This document shows positions 19,439 to 30,161 of a DNA stretch of 64,000 nucleotides, in pieces. The notes below the pieces were generated by a model. That model was given only the letters and a program-made list of their open reading frames with translations. It was not told the DNA's origin and ran no database searches. The first letter of the stretch is position 1. Every line of letters starts with the position of its first letter. The position numbers and the translations under genes were made by a program. Source of the DNA: a virus (Duplodnaviria > Caudoviricetes); IMG/VR virus record IMGVR_UViG_2639762749_000010, positions 17,974-81,973 of that record. One strand, 5' to 3'.

Positions 19439-20494
19439 TCAGTCAATTGCATCATATCGTCCCTCAACCAAATCAATCATCACGCTCTTTTCGGCCCGGA
19501 GATTGCGGGTATAGCCCACCACCGTTTCCGGTTTTTTCCAGGTGCCCTCGTGCATGATCTGGGCCAGCGAATAGTTCGCTTCCGTCATGTCCTGCGCGGC
19601 CCCGACCCGGGCACTGTGGCCGGTCCAGGTCGCATACCGGCCTTTATTGGCGGCCCCGGTCTTTTCCCCGTGCACCACCGTCCAGGCGGCCGCGAAAATC
19701 CGCTCCAGATTGGACAGCGATAACGGTTTGCCGTGCACGTTGGCCCGGTTCCCCCGGCGGACCGGGCAAAAAACATACGCGTCTGAATGCGCCAGCAAGT
19801 CGGCGGCCGTCAGCCACTGGATCAGACTGGCCGCCGCGCGCGGACTGAGCGCCTTGGTGATGCCGTAGCCGTCCATGATGGTTTTGGTGTGGCCGACGTT
19901 CAGCAGGAGGTGGCCGTCGGGCTGAAAAACCAGGTCTTTCACTTTCAGGCGGGCAATATTGGAAACACGCAACAGCGTGTTGTAAGCGACAAACAAAAAC
20001 GCCCGGTTGCGCATGACCTTCAACTGATCAGAGTCTTGCCAGGCGGCATCCACCCGGTTGAGGTCGGCGATCCGAAACGGGATCGCCTGGCCGACCGTCT
20101 GCCCGCTGACCACAGCCAGGCGGCTGATTTTTTTCAATGTCCGTTGCACCTTCTGACTGTCACCGGCGGGGATCAGGCCCGCCTGCCGGTGCAGCATGTT
20201 CAGCATCCTGACATGGTTCTTGAGGGTGGACGGGGCCCGCCCGTTCTCATGCAACTCCAGCAGATAATCACGCAGGTAGTCCGCCTCCACCGGCAAATAG
20301 GCCCGGCCTTTGACAATACACCAGCGACACCACTGCCGGGCCACCTGCATCAGCTGCTTCCAGGTGTTGTCCGCAAACGCCTCCCGGTCTTTGACGAACG
20401 CATTCAGGTTGCGGATCACCTCGTCATTCAGATCCGGATTGTCCGGGATCAGTACCGCATCACGCCCCATCAGGGCCAGTCCCCCTGCCATCAA
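19439..20494 (-). CDS. cre: Cre/Dre-family tyrosine recombinase
   Basis: RNRAFLFVAYNTLLR, HTKT, WTGHSARVGAAQDM, GTWKKPETVVGY; closer to recalled Dre (phage D6) than to Cre. Confidence 0.92.
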   Translation of the reverse strand: MMAGGLALMGRDAVLIPDNPDLNDEVIRNLNAFVKDREAFADNTWKQLMQVARQWCRWCIVKGRAYLPVEADYLRDYLLELHENGRAPSTLKNHVRMLNMLHRQAGLIPAGDSQKVQRTLKKISRLAVVSGQTVGQAIPFRIADLNRVDAAWQDSDQLKVMRNRAFLFVAYNTLLRVSNIARLKVKDLVFQPDGHLLLNVGHTKTIMDGYGITKALSPRAAASLIQWLTAADLLAHSDAYVFCPVRRGNRANVHGKPLSLSNLERIFAAAWTVVHGEKTGAANKGRYATWTGHSARVGAAQDMTEANYSLAQIMHEGTWKKPETVVGYTRNLRAEKSVMIDLVEGRYDAID

Positions 20495-20656
20495 TACACC
20501 CCTCGCTGTTTTGGTGACGCTACGTAAAAAGTGGGGCTAACGCCCCGCCATATTCTTCAGATTTCACGTAGGCGCATCCTTTGTTATTAATAAAAAAAGC
20601 CCGCGCTGAATCACGCCCCGTCATCCTAGCCCGCCGCCGCCGCCAGTCCGAGTGCA

Positions 20657-20688
20657 TAGTAGAACATAATCCCCATTATGTACTATTA
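20657..20688. other. Candidate rox/lox-type recombination site
   Basis: TAGTAGAACATAAT-CCCC-ATTATGTACTATTA; 14-4-14 with 12/14 arm symmetry; between recombinase and coi. Confidence 0.65.
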
Positions 20689-20836
20689 GAAAATTTTAGC
20701 GACTTCCGCCGCGAAGTCAAGCGGATGGGGATAGTGACCATAAGAAATAGAAGAATACAGATATAATCACGGCGATTTTTATTTAGCGCGGTACTTTTAC
20801 CGCTTGGCCGTTCATCATCCCTTGGAAATTTAATAC

Positions 20837-21028
20837 ATGGATATTAGAGACTACACTACAGAAAATATCATCACTCTGGTCAACGAACTGCACCTTGATC
20901 CGCACGACTGCGCCCTGCCGCACATTCTGGCCCGTCATGTCTACACCCTGCGCGAGGCCACTCATGACGATGGCTCTCCCTGTGATTACAAAACCATTTT
21001 GGTTCATATGCTGAAAAGTTTGAAATAA
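20837..21028 (+). CDS. coi: C1 repressor inactivator Coi-like
   Basis: TTENIITLVNELHLDPHDCALPHILARH resembles recalled P1 Coi; directly upstream of c1. Confidence 0.6.
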   Translation: MDIRDYTTENIITLVNELHLDPHDCALPHILARHVYTLREATHDDGSPCDYKTILVHMLKSLK

Positions 21029-21142
21029 AGCGCTATTCCGTCATTTTTAACAGGTAAATTCTAACTAAATTTTTATTACTTTTGTCAAACCTGATAAAGT
21101 TATAAATATGTATGTTTAAGATGTACCCTGTTAGGAGTAGTT

Positions 21143-22048
21143 ATGGATGCTTTCAGTGACAGCATTTTTGAAGCAAAGTACAAAGAGTTTCTAAAAGTGC
21201 GTAGTGAATGGTTGAAGATCGTATTCAAACACGCGGTTTATACCGATATAAATACGCAGGGCGAGGCTTGCCGCCCTGTGGCGATACTGGCTGATCAGGA
21301 AGTGCTGCATGAGGTGGAAACACTGCTGCTGGCATGGCAACAGTTTGCTGCATTTGCCGAGCACAAGCGGGCCGCGGGTCTGTCTGCCGTCTCTTCGCAA
21401 ATCTATTTGCCGGTACCCGCCATACTGAGGAATGTGAACAGTTTTACCATTGGTGCTTTTGAGTCCTCCGCCACCGTTAATTTTGTCCGCGAAGAGATCC
21501 TGAGAAAAATAGATAAGAAACTCAACCAGCTGCACAGGACGAAAAACAAAGACCATTTAACCATTACCGAACTGGAACTGGATAAGGAACTGATTGGCTT
21601 CTACCCGGAAGGGACACGCTTTCGCCGACGCACGACGGGTTACAGAGACATTGTGTTAGATATCGGCGGTGATGAATCTTATCGTGTTGGGGCGTATGGC
21701 GTTATCGTTGATGGTAACAGCTTAACGCAGCCCGATGCTTACGACATCAACACAGGTGATAAATACGCGGTGTCTGACAGCTATTATAACATGATATCGC
21801 CGGTACGGTGCTCGTTGTTTGCAGGATCTAGCCTGTATCTCATTGAGAAGATAGAAGAAGCTAAGCAAGCCCGCAATACCGTCTCCCGGCAAAAATTAAA
21901 AGAAAGCCGGAAGCAAACCTACCTCCGTCGAAGGGATCAAGATTTGCTTGATCAACAGCGGGCTCAACAAGAAGCCATACGCCTCAACAAAATTGCCGTG
22001 GAAAAACAGAAAGCACAACGCTATGGGCAACAAAAAAAGCGGGATTAA
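21143..22048 (+). CDS. c1: Primary repressor C1-like
   Basis: YKEFLKVR, RPVAIL, YLPVPAILRNV and YPEGTRFRRR match recalled P1 C1; convergent with pacB as in P1. Confidence 0.8.
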   Translation: MDAFSDSIFEAKYKEFLKVRSEWLKIVFKHAVYTDINTQGEACRPVAILADQEVLHEVETLLLAWQQFAAFAEHKRAAGLSAVSSQIYLPVPAILRNVNSFTIGAFESSATVNFVREEILRKIDKKLNQLHRTKNKDHLTITELELDKELIGFYPEGTRFRRRTTGYRDIVLDIGGDESYRVGAYGVIVDGNSLTQPDAYDINTGDKYAVSDSYYNMISPVRCSLFAGSSLYLIEKIEEAKQARNTVSRQKLKESRKQTYLRRRDQDLLDQQRAQQEAIRLNKIAVEKQKAQRYGQQKKRD

Positions 22049-22061
22049 TGCTTTTAGGCTG

Positions 22062-23576
22062 TCAGCTTTCATCGTCATAATCATCAAGATACTTCATGGC
22101 CTCAGAGCGGGTAGCGGCTTCTTCAAAACCGACATCTTCACAGGCCGGTACAAAATCACACAACATCCCAAAACAATATGTATCCCATCTATCCGGAGAG
22201 CGAATATTGAGTTTCGCTCTCATCATCTCTTTTTTCATGATCACCCAGCGCCCGTTCTCATCAATCTTGACCGGTATTTTCGAGGCTTGTTCTGATGTCT
22301 TGAGGCTTTTATCCAGGCGCATTCGGCCACTGCGGATCGCACGTTGCGCGGCCACATTTGCGTAGGCGCGTTGATTAATGTACCGGCTGCGGTCATATCT
22401 GCTGAACATCGGCTTACCCCACCGGATACGCTGTACATCGCGGCCACGACGCTCTAATACACTCGCCGTATCGGAACCGACGCCATCACTGTCTACCACG
22501 AGACTGATATTGGGGTAAATGGCCGGATCACACGTCAAATGAATAAACTCCCCAAACTCCACCGGATCACAGGAGCCATCCATTTCCAGCATTTTGTAGT
22601 TCACCAGACGGCGTTTATCGCCACGGGTGCCCGATATTTTGCAAAGATTCATAATGGACTTATCCCGGCCGTTACCGACGTCACACAGGGCAACCCATCC
22701 CCAGCCTTTTTCAAGGTGGATTTTACGTCTCGCGGCTCTGTCACATTCATCACGCCCTAACAGATAGCCGGTGACTGATTTAGGAAACTGGCCTAATACC
22801 TTGATCTGGTATTCAACACTGTCACGGCCACCGTATTCTGCCAGCTTCATTTTAATAAATTCAGGCTCAACGAGGGGGGACTCTTCAGAGTTCAGCATGA
22901 TAGCCACATACAGGCCGTTGGGGTTATCAGGATGTCTGGCGAGGCTATGGTGCGTATCGTAGAAATACCCGCTGGGGCGCGTCGGCTGGGAAAGTAACAG
23001 GATGCGGTTATCTTTCTGAGTCAAGGCACCGGTGATAATACCAAAGGCTTTGTCTGATACTCCTGATGCCTCATCCACAATGTAAAACAGGTATTCCGCG
23101 TGTTCACCGGCCAAGGCTTCTTCGTTACCCAAACGAAACCCCTTGGGGATGACGGTCCAGACGCCTTTTCCCCCCACCGCGTAAAACGACGTATCCGTAA
23201 TGACAAAGTAATTTTGCAGCCACGGGAACCGCCGGACACATTCATGCCAGTTGACCTTCAGGTACTTAAATATCCCCGTCATGACCTGCTGGATTTTGTT
23301 GGCAATGATGATCACACGGGCATTGGGATGAAACAGAATGAAACACAGGATCATGATACTGGTCATATCCGATTTGCCCGTACCATGCCCCGACGTCACG
23401 CTGGTTTTGCTGCCACCTTCCTGTACAGACTCAAGAATCAGATCTTGTTGCCATGTGGGGGTTTTACCAAACAGCTGTACCGCCGCCAGCCCCCAGTCGT
23501 ACCGGTATTTGATCACCATATCCCGCCAACGGGGATCACTGACAACACTGCGTTGTTTTTTCTGTCGGGATGCCAC
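22062..23576 (-). CDS. pacB: Terminase large subunit PacB
   Basis: Walker [17 protein letters not shown]-terminal SPDRWD. Confidence 0.93.
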   Translation of the reverse strand: MASRQKKQRSVVSDPRWRDMVIKYRYDWGLAAVQLFGKTPTWQQDLILESVQEGGSKTSVTSGHGTGKSDMTSIMILCFILFHPNARVIIIANKIQQVMTGIFKYLKVNWHECVRRFPWLQNYFVITDTSFYAVGGKGVWTVIPKGFRLGNEEALAGEHAEYLFYIVDEASGVSDKAFGIITGALTQKDNRILLLSQPTRPSGYFYDTHHSLARHPDNPNGLYVAIMLNSEESPLVEPEFIKMKLAEYGGRDSVEYQIKVLGQFPKSVTGYLLGRDECDRAARRKIHLEKGWGWVALCDVGNGRDKSIMNLCKISGTRGDKRRLVNYKMLEMDGSCDPVEFGEFIHLTCDPAIYPNISLVVDSDGVGSDTASVLERRGRDVQRIRWGKPMFSRYDRSRYINQRAYANVAAQRAIRSGRMRLDKSLKTSEQASKIPVKIDENGRWVIMKKEMMRAKLNIRSPDRWDTYCFGMLCDFVPACEDVGFEEAATRSEAMKYLDDYDDES

Positions 23577-24730
23577 TAACTTTCACCCTCATCATCATAC
23601 ATATCGCTGGTGGCTTCATAGTCATAATCCGGTTCTTCTTCTAACGCATCCAGCGACTCGCCTTCGCGCCCCTCGCCCTGACTATCCCGATCGCCATAAC
23701 CGCCTTTATCGACAATGTCATCAACCAGCTGGCGCTTTGTCGCCAGATAGGTGTCCCGTCCGGCCTGCTTCTCCCGATATGCTCTGGCCTGCCTGTCCAG
23801 TTCGTCCGGATCAATGACTGCATTATCCACGTCCTCGCCCTGATCCTGTTTCATCTCGTGGCGCAATTTCTCCAATAAAGCGGCGGGGACCTTACCGCCT
23901 TGGGATTCGATGTAAGCCGCCGTTTGCAGGGCATCCCATTCATTTTCCTGCTGGCGTTGATAGGCGTTGGCGATCACCGTCGTTTCGCCCATCTTGGCCG
24001 CATGTTTTTCCTCGTCACGGCGGTTTTTCAGCCACCCCTGTTTCATTGACGTCATGGTGCGCATGAAATCGGTCATGGCATAGGAACAGTCGTTCAGCAT
24101 CTTGAGCTGCTTAAACGCCGGATGCAGCGCCCCGTCGTCGGGATTAAATTCGGCTTCCTGTTTCTCAAGTTCTTCGATGGAGCGATCACGTATCCGTTCA
24201 ACAAGTTCAAAGTGGGCTAATGCCCGTCGCATCAAATCCACTTCCAACACGTCGAAATAGCCCGCCTCCATCAAGGCGTCTGCCTGATCTAAATCAACAC
24301 TTCTGGGGGTAGCGTACCGGCCATGTTTCATGGCCGCTTCATTCCCCACGGTCAAGCGACGTCCTTCCCCCCGGGATAATTTTTGATGTGTGATGATCGC
24401 CGCAGGCGAAATGATCATTTTCGCGTTCTGACTTTTGGCGCTTTTGGCCTGCGGATGTCGCTCGCCGCCCGTTTTCCTTCCCGGCTTAACACCCGTATTC
24501 ACACGGAATTGCGCGGATTTTCCCTTTTCTTGTCCGGCCTTTTTTAGGGGAATGACTTGATCATGTGTTGCGGCATGATCATGATCATCTGACGGGGCGG
24601 GATTGGCCGAACGCAGATAGCGACGGGCGGTGTTGGGATTCAGGTTGTAATGTTCGGCATATTCACGGATGCTGATTCCATTTTCAGCGCGTAGCCTATT
24701 GAAATTAGATACGTGTTCCTGCCAGTTCAT
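23576..24730 (-). CDS. pacA: Packaging protein PacA
   Basis: N-terminal [19 protein letters not shown]; coupled to pacB. Confidence 0.85.
   Translation of the reverse strand: MNWQEHVSNFNRLRAENGISIREYAEHYNLNPNTARRYLRSANPAPSDDHDHAATHDQVIPLKKAGQEKGKSAQFRVNTGVKPGRKTGGERHPQAKSAKSQNAKMIISPAAIITHQKLSRGEGRRLTVGNEAAMKHGRYATPRSVDLDQADALMEAGYFDVLEVDLMRRALAHFELVERIRDRSIEELEKQEAEFNPDDGALHPAFKQLKMLNDCSYAMTDFMRTMTSMKQGWLKNRRDEEKHAAKMGETTVIANAYQRQQENEWDALQTAAYIESQGGKVPAALLEKLRHEMKQDQGEDVDNAVIDPDELDRQARAYREKQAGRDTYLATKRQLVDDIVDKGGYGDRDSQGEGREGESLDALEEEPDYDYEATSDMYDDEGES
24390..24590. other. Probable pac site (TGATC clusters inside pacA)
   Basis: TGATCA at 24412, 24558, 24576, 24582 and TGATCG at 24394; P1 pac lies in pacA and is built of Dam-methylated hexamers. 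Confidence 0.55.
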
Positions 24731-25046
24731 CCCTATCTACCAAAGTCAACCCTCAATGAATCTGATGATACACAAGCATTAATATGTTTAATTAACGTAA
24801 TTTACTCCCGCCACCATGACCATTGACCATCATTTCTCCCCTTCCTCATCTCCATACCGGCCGCTATTTGTGCTTTCCCAAGATGTTCTTTAATCCTCAT
24901 TTTTTTGCTTAGAAAAAAAATGAATAACGTTTGTTATCCAAATGAATAGCAAATACTTGATGTTTTCCCTTTAATCTATCAAACTTACTCACGCACAAAT
25001 CTGACTTAAATGTCTTAATCGTTAATATCTAAAACAGGGAAATATC

Positions 25047-26228
25047 ATGAAGAAGCCTACTGGCTCTGATAACACTGCTGTTCAAAAACCTGCCTTGGTC
25101 GCCGTCGATACGGATTCAGGCGACACGATGGTTGAACAGCCTATTTTAGTCGCCGTTGATGCAGGTTCCGGCAATATCGCTATTCGCTTTGAACGTAATG
25201 GGGAAATTGAAAATCACATCATTCCTGCACGGGTACGCCAAGGTAATGCTCAATCAATGGCGTTAGAAGCGGGAACCTCATGGGAAACCGAAGGGGATCA
25301 CGGGGAAAATGTGGTATTTTCTGTTGTCAGTGGTGGTAACGACCTCGTTAATACCTGTGATCCAAACTACCAATCCAGTCCTGCACATCGTGCCTTGGTT
25401 ATCAATGCACTGGCACAACTGGGGTTAGGCGGACAGGAAATTATTCTGGCGGACACGCTGCCGATTAATCAGTTTTACAGTGACTTGGGGAAAATTGACC
25501 AAAAACGTATTAACGCCAAGCGTAATAGCTTAATGAAGCGGATTAACAATGTCTCCGGCCAGTATAAAGCACCACACATTATTGACGTTATGGTCTACCC
25601 TGAAGCGGTTCCCGCCTATGTGTCAGCTTCCGTCACGCCTGATATGAAAGCCAACCCTGAACTTGAAGGCGCGGAGAGCATCATGGTGGTTGATGTAGGG
25701 CGGTTTACCTGTGATATCGCCGTGCTGGATAAAACTCACCAAATTGTGAGGCGAGGAACCTTTGAACACGGTGTCTATATGATGTTAGATCGTGTTCACG
25801 CGTTGCTTCAGGAAAACGCAGAAAAACTCAACATTGCTGAACCCAAAGAAATTCACCTTGAGTCCATTGATACATTTATCCGCCAAGGTTATATCGGTTC
25901 CCGTCTGAAATCAGCCGCAGACAAACGCATTAAAATTGATGAGATCGTCCAACAGGCGGCAGAGGAATTTGCTGAAATCATTCGAAATGATATTCGTAAC
26001 GTTCATCGCAATCTGAGTGATATTGATGTGCTTATTCTGGTTGGTGGCGGTGCCAATTTGATAGGCGGCAAACTGGAATACCTTAAAAATTGTACAACAG
26101 AATGGGGATGTCCTGTCTATATCCCTGATCATCCTGAATATGCCATTGTTCGCGGTGTTCATATAGCATTTAAAAGAGATGCGCAGGAAATCATTAAGGA
26201 ATGGCTGATTAAGGCAGGTACAAAATGA
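25047..26228 (+). CDS. parM: ParM/StbA actin-like partition ATPase
   Basis: VAVDAGSGN, VYPEAVPAY, VVDVGRFTCD, ILVGGGA actin-fold motifs. Confidence 0.9.
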   Translation: MKKPTGSDNTAVQKPALVAVDTDSGDTMVEQPILVAVDAGSGNIAIRFERNGEIENHIIPARVRQGNAQSMALEAGTSWETEGDHGENVVFSVVSGGNDLVNTCDPNYQSSPAHRALVINALAQLGLGGQEIILADTLPINQFYSDLGKIDQKRINAKRNSLMKRINNVSGQYKAPHIIDVMVYPEAVPAYVSASVTPDMKANPELEGAESIMVVDVGRFTCDIAVLDKTHQIVRRGTFEHGVYMMLDRVHALLQENAEKLNIAEPKEIHLESIDTFIRQGYIGSRLKSAADKRIKIDEIVQQAAEEFAEIIRNDIRNVHRNLSDIDVLILVGGGANLIGGKLEYLKNCTTEWGCPVYIPDHPEYAIVRGVHIAFKRDAQEIIKEWLIKAGTK

Positions 26229-26262
26229 AAAGGCTAAGCTACTGGAAGAAAAAGGGGCTTAA

Positions 26263-26790
26263 ATGTCATCTTTATTAGCCATTAAAGCGCAAGCACTCAA
26301 CGAAGCAGGCATTGCTACCACAAAGTTTCGGGAAGATTATCAAAGCCTGACCGGTCATCACAGCAAACGGAAAATGATGATGAGCGCGATTCGTTGCGGC
26401 TACATTATCGAGAAAGCGGGGTTAGCGCCCCTGCTGTCACTGCTCGATACAGAAGCATTTTTCGCTGCTGATCAAAACACACGTAAGCAGATGGTCATGC
26501 GGGTGCTGGCGTTAAGTAATATGGAAGAAACCCCCACCACTCCCGTTGAGCCAGACATGACAACCGTGGAAATTGAAACACCACCCGCAACAGCAAAAGC
26601 GATAATTCAACCGGAAGAACCAGCGAATAACGGCACAGGGGCTCCGTCTGAGAATACCACCAGCATAATCAAACACGAGAAACGAGAGGATGGTTCAGCG
26701 ACGTTAATTGAACGTTCAACCAATAAACAACCGCCGCCTTCAACGCTATCAGCAATGTCAGCACTCAGAGGAAACGTGACTAAGAAATAG
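26263..26790 (+). CDS. Probable ParR-type adaptor
   Basis: Directly follows parM; helical N-terminus and low-complexity tail. Confidence 0.5.
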   Translation: MSSLLAIKAQALNEAGIATTKFREDYQSLTGHHSKRKMMMSAIRCGYIIEKAGLAPLLSLLDTEAFFAADQNTRKQMVMRVLALSNMEETPTTPVEPDMTTVEIETPPATAKAIIQPEEPANNGTGAPSENTTSIIKHEKREDGSATLIERSTNKQPPPSTLSAMSALRGNVTKK

Positions 26791-27187
26791 GATCTATCAT
26801 TCTTTTTCGGATCATGTCATCCCAAATCTTACGTAAGGCTGCATTCTGTAATGCAGCCTTGTTTTCATCGCCCTTCAGCCCACCAGCGGGAATCACTGTT
26901 TTTGAGAAATCAATGGATATGCCATGGCGCGGCTTAAAGTGGGCCTGTGTAATGTATTTCATTTCATATTTTCTTGGCCGAACACGGGTATCCATGAGGC
27001 AAACAATGTTTTTGGACGAACAAAACACGTTAAGTCGTGCGTAGACAAAATCCTTGTCTATTTTGACATGGGGGTAATAGCGGCGAATGGCATCCATGAC
27101 CTCTTTGGCGGTCAGAGGGCGGTTTTCTCTCAGAAGCACATCTGCCAAATGGATATTGGAGATTTTTTCTTTCACGCTCTTTTCCAA
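26780..27187 (-). CDS. lpa: Late promoter activator Lpa-like
   Basis: LADVLLRENRPLTAKEVMDAIRRYYPH resembles recalled P1 Lpa; upstream of pacA. Confidence 0.65.
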   Translation of the reverse strand: MEKSVKEKISNIHLADVLLRENRPLTAKEVMDAIRRYYPHVKIDKDFVYARLNVFCSSKNIVCLMDTRVRPRKYEMKYITQAHFKPRHGISIDFSKTVIPAGGLKGDENKAALQNAALRKIWDDMIRKRMIDPIS

Positions 27188-27333
27188 GGAAATTCTAAAT
27201 GATTTTTTATATTACATAAAAAGCAGAAAAGAAGAAGAAAATACCTTCAATTACAATAAGTTAATAATAAAATAGGCAGTGGTTATATAGACTAATAAGA
27301 AAAGGCCGCATTAAGCGGCCTCTGTGATTAATC

Positions 27334-27708
27334 TTAATCCAAGATTAATTGTGTCGGTCTACACGCATAAAACGCCGCCAATTTTTCCAGCGTAGCTTGG
27401 CGTGGACGTTCTGCTCTTTCAAATTGAGAGACGGCGGCTTGTGTAATTCCCAGCCTCTCGGCCACCTCTGTCTGTGATAAACGTCGATATATACGCCATG
27501 CTGCATGAAGTGTCACATCTTCATCAACCATAATACTAATGACGTCATGGGGAATGGTTTCATCATCATTAGCCCCCTTGGGGTAAGGGATACTGACGTA
27601 ATCTTCATCACGATCCAGCGCTGCAAGCAAGCGTTCATACTCCGCAATAGGAAGTACTACAGCCTGCTTGTTGCCGTTCTCATCTGTAATAAACTGGATA
27701 CCAGCCAT
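27334..27708 (-). CDS. XRE-HTH antitoxin
   Basis: AWRIYRRLSQTEVAERLGITQAAVSQFE; follows RelE-family toxin. Confidence 0.85.
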   Translation of the reverse strand: MAGIQFITDENGNKQAVVLPIAEYERLLAALDRDEDYVSIPYPKGANDDETIPHDVISIMVDEDVTLHAAWRIYRRLSQTEVAERLGITQAAVSQFERAERPRQATLEKLAAFYACRPTQLILD

Positions 27709-27780
27709 ATTATCTCCGATATTGTATTGGCCATAACGCGAATAGAGGAAAAAGCAGGCGGGTATTCCCCGCCGTGCCAG

Positions 27781-28044
27781 TCAATATGTCTTTGTTTGTC
27801 TCCGCTTAACTTCCTGCACTTCCAAAATCTTCGGCTCTTTACCTGAAAGCTCAAACAGAATTCGGTAGTCACCTACTCTCAATCTGTATTGAGTTTCCGT
27901 TCCCGTTAATTTTTTGATATCCAAATCCACCAGCGGAAAACCCGTAAGCAAACCCACTTTATTTTTGATTGCTTTCTGGTATCGCGTGTCGATCCTGACT
28001 AGCTGTTTGGTTGCCGCTTTAGACCAAACCACTTTGACCATCAT
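27781..28044 (-). CDS. RelE/ParE-family toxin
   Basis: WSKAATKQL...DIKKL...YRLRVGDYRILF; palindrome AATATAAGCC-N4-GGCTTATATT at 28088-28111 upstream. Confidence 0.9.
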   Translation of the reverse strand: MMVKVVWSKAATKQLVRIDTRYQKAIKNKVGLLTGFPLVDLDIKKLTGTETQYRLRVGDYRILFELSGKEPKILEVQEVKRRQTKTY

Positions 28045-28132
28045 TTCCCCTATTTTTAAAGAGCATCTCCGTTTTCAGGATAGGTGTAATATAAGCCTTA
28101 TGGCTTATATTGTCAATATAACACTTATATTA

Positions 28133-28330
28133 TTATAAGTATTTCGAATGCCCCATTAAAATTCGTTTCCCAATCCATGCCATCACAGGTACGGCCATTG
28201 AATTACCGATTGCCCGGTAACGATGACCATCGGGGCAGTCAGCCGTTGCCTTACCATTCCACGGAATTTGGGTGTGATTATCGGGGAAACCTTGCAACCG
28301 CTCGCACTCTACGGGTGTTAAACGGCGCAC
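28133..28330 (-). pseudogene. C-terminal remnant of C5 cytosine methyltransferase
   Basis: RRLTPVECERLQGFPD...RYRAIGNSMAVPV (motifs IX-X only). Confidence 0.85.
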
Positions 28331-28443
28331 GGTATAACCGTATCGATTTTTATATTACAAGAAGATTGCGGGTCATTAATGCGTGGCTAGTCAATCAGTA
28401 TAAACTTGAAGATCGGTAATGATTGTTGACAAATAATCTATAA

Positions 28444-28746
28444 ATGGTTACTATTGTTACCGTTGGCTGGCGACTTTGGCCGGTTACGTTCTTTAACAAA
28501 GTGAGACTTAATTTAAAAGGAGTGTTATCTATCGCGTATCATAAAAATAAGGAGATCAATGCGGCAATTGCATATGCCGTGTCTCAAGGCTGGGCTTACA
28601 TCAAACGGAAAGGAAAAGGCCATGCTGTAGGAGTTTTGCGATGTGGACGTGAAGATAAGTGCCACCAAAAATCAGTGTGGGGAACACCGGATAGCCCCCA
28701 AGACCACGCAAAAGATATAATCTCATTAGTGGATAAATGCAAATAA
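28444..28746 (+). CDS. HicA-like toxin (true start probably further downstream)
   Basis: HKNKEINAAIAYAVSQGW...GHAVG.L.C...SVWGTP. Confidence 0.65.
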   Translation: MVTIVTVGWRLWPVTFFNKVRLNLKGVLSIAYHKNKEINAAIAYAVSQGWAYIKRKGKGHAVGVLRCGREDKCHQKSVWGTPDSPQDHAKDIISLVDKCK

Positions 28747-29381
28747 TATCAAGGCCGTCAATCGGCGGCCTTTTTTATATCAGTCTCACATCTAATGATA
28801 GGAAAAAGGATATGAGAAAATACAGTTTTAGCATCGTGGTGGGTGGAAAGAAAATCACTACTGACGATGATTTGTTTGATATCTCAGACGCTTTGTATGA
28901 AGCAGGATGCAGCGACGCCCACCCCGCTGCATACAACGGTACATTGTACGTTAATTTTACACGCAACGGCGAAAATTACGCCAAATCAGTGTCATCTGCC
29001 ATCTCTGATATTGAGTCAGTTTCTGGATTAACTTGTTTATCTGTAGATATTGGTGATGTAGTCAGTTTAAGTGATGCTGCTGAACTGGCAGGAACCACCA
29101 AAGCGGCGTTATCTCGATACAGTAAGGGGAGCCGTGGAGCCGGTGATTTTCCGACACCAATTCTACGCGTAGATAGCAGTCGCCCGTTATGGTCATGGGC
29201 GGATATTGCTGAATGGCTCGAAAAAAACCAGCTCATCGACAATGAGCTGGTGGAGCAAGCACGGATGACTGGAGCCATTAACACAGCACTGTCAATTCGA
29301 AACACTAATTCAATGGATACAGTATTTCAATTTCTGTACGCATTGAAATCCAATAATAACCACACAATAATCACGGCGTAG
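28737..29381 (+). CDS. HicB-like antitoxin with HTH (start probably ATG 28812)
   Basis: ALYEAGCSDA...VSLSDAAEL...FPTP...PLWSWADIAEWL. Confidence 0.7.
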   Translation: MQIISRPSIGGLFYISLTSNDRKKDMRKYSFSIVVGGKKITTDDDLFDISDALYEAGCSDAHPAAYNGTLYVNFTRNGENYAKSVSSAISDIESVSGLTCLSVDIGDVVSLSDAAELAGTTKAALSRYSKGSRGAGDFPTPILRVDSSRPLWSWADIAEWLEKNQLIDNELVEQARMTGAINTALSIRNTNSMDTVFQFLYALKSNNNHTIITA

Positions 29382-29537
29382 TTAACAATAATTCTTTTAA
29401 AAGATAAGTCTCACACATTCGGCCGTCTAAATGATGGCCTTTTTTTTTATTTCACGACACCTTCTGAAATTGAATATAAAATAACCCCTAACAAGGGTTA
29501 TTTATTCAGTGTTTAAATGTAAATTTAAGGTGGTGTT

Positions 29538-29978
29538 ATGGGAATTACAGAGAAAATAGCGACAGCATTTTGCACTCGTGAATCAAATCAGAACGTAGAA
29601 CCTGATTTACTGGCACCAATAATCACAAAAGTAGTAAGCAGCTTTCCAGACACTCAACGCTTATCTGTGATAGTGAGTCTAGTGGGACTGAATAAGAGAA
29701 AATCTTATCGATTATTTATAGATATTCTCCATAATGGAGAGAGTTGTGTAAAATTTCAGGAAAATCCTTATGGTGATGAAGGAGAAGAATTCACTGTTGA
29801 AAACATCAGATTACCGGAGGATCAAGTTACTGCTATTTTTAGTGCCGTATTTGACCAGATAGAGTTCCCTGAACCCGGCATCTATGAAATAAAGGTGAAA
29901 TTAAGAAATCAAGAAAAGCAAGTCATTGATGAGGACTCCTACTATTTTTATGTTTTGGATAAAAAGGATTACAAATAG
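29538..29978 (+). CDS. Hypothetical beta-rich protein
   Basis: ORF with RBS; FPEPGIYEIKV motif. Confidence 0.6.
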   Translation: MGITEKIATAFCTRESNQNVEPDLLAPIITKVVSSFPDTQRLSVIVSLVGLNKRKSYRLFIDILHNGESCVKFQENPYGDEGEEFTVENIRLPEDQVTAIFSAVFDQIEFPEPGIYEIKVKLRNQEKQVIDEDSYYFYVLDKKDYK

Positions 29979-30147
29979 GGAATTACGGAGCGGGTGATGT
30001 CCCAACACCCATTCTACGTATAGACAGTCACTGTCCATTATGGCCGTGGACTGATATTGCCAACAAATAATCTCATCGACAATGCGCTGGTGGAACAAGC
30101 ACGGATGACCGGTGCTATTAACACGGCACTATCAATGCGAAACACAA
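29975..30147 (+). pseudogene. Diverged copy of the 3' part of the 28737..29381 antitoxin
   Basis: CTCATCGACAATG.GCTGGTGGA.CAAGCACGGATGAC matches about 29232 onward. Confidence 0.8.
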
Positions 30148-30161
30148 TTCACCTATACACA

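Noticed and set aside
19418-20540. Long plus-strand ORFs over the recombinase
   Set aside because: Antisense shadows of a GC-rich gene
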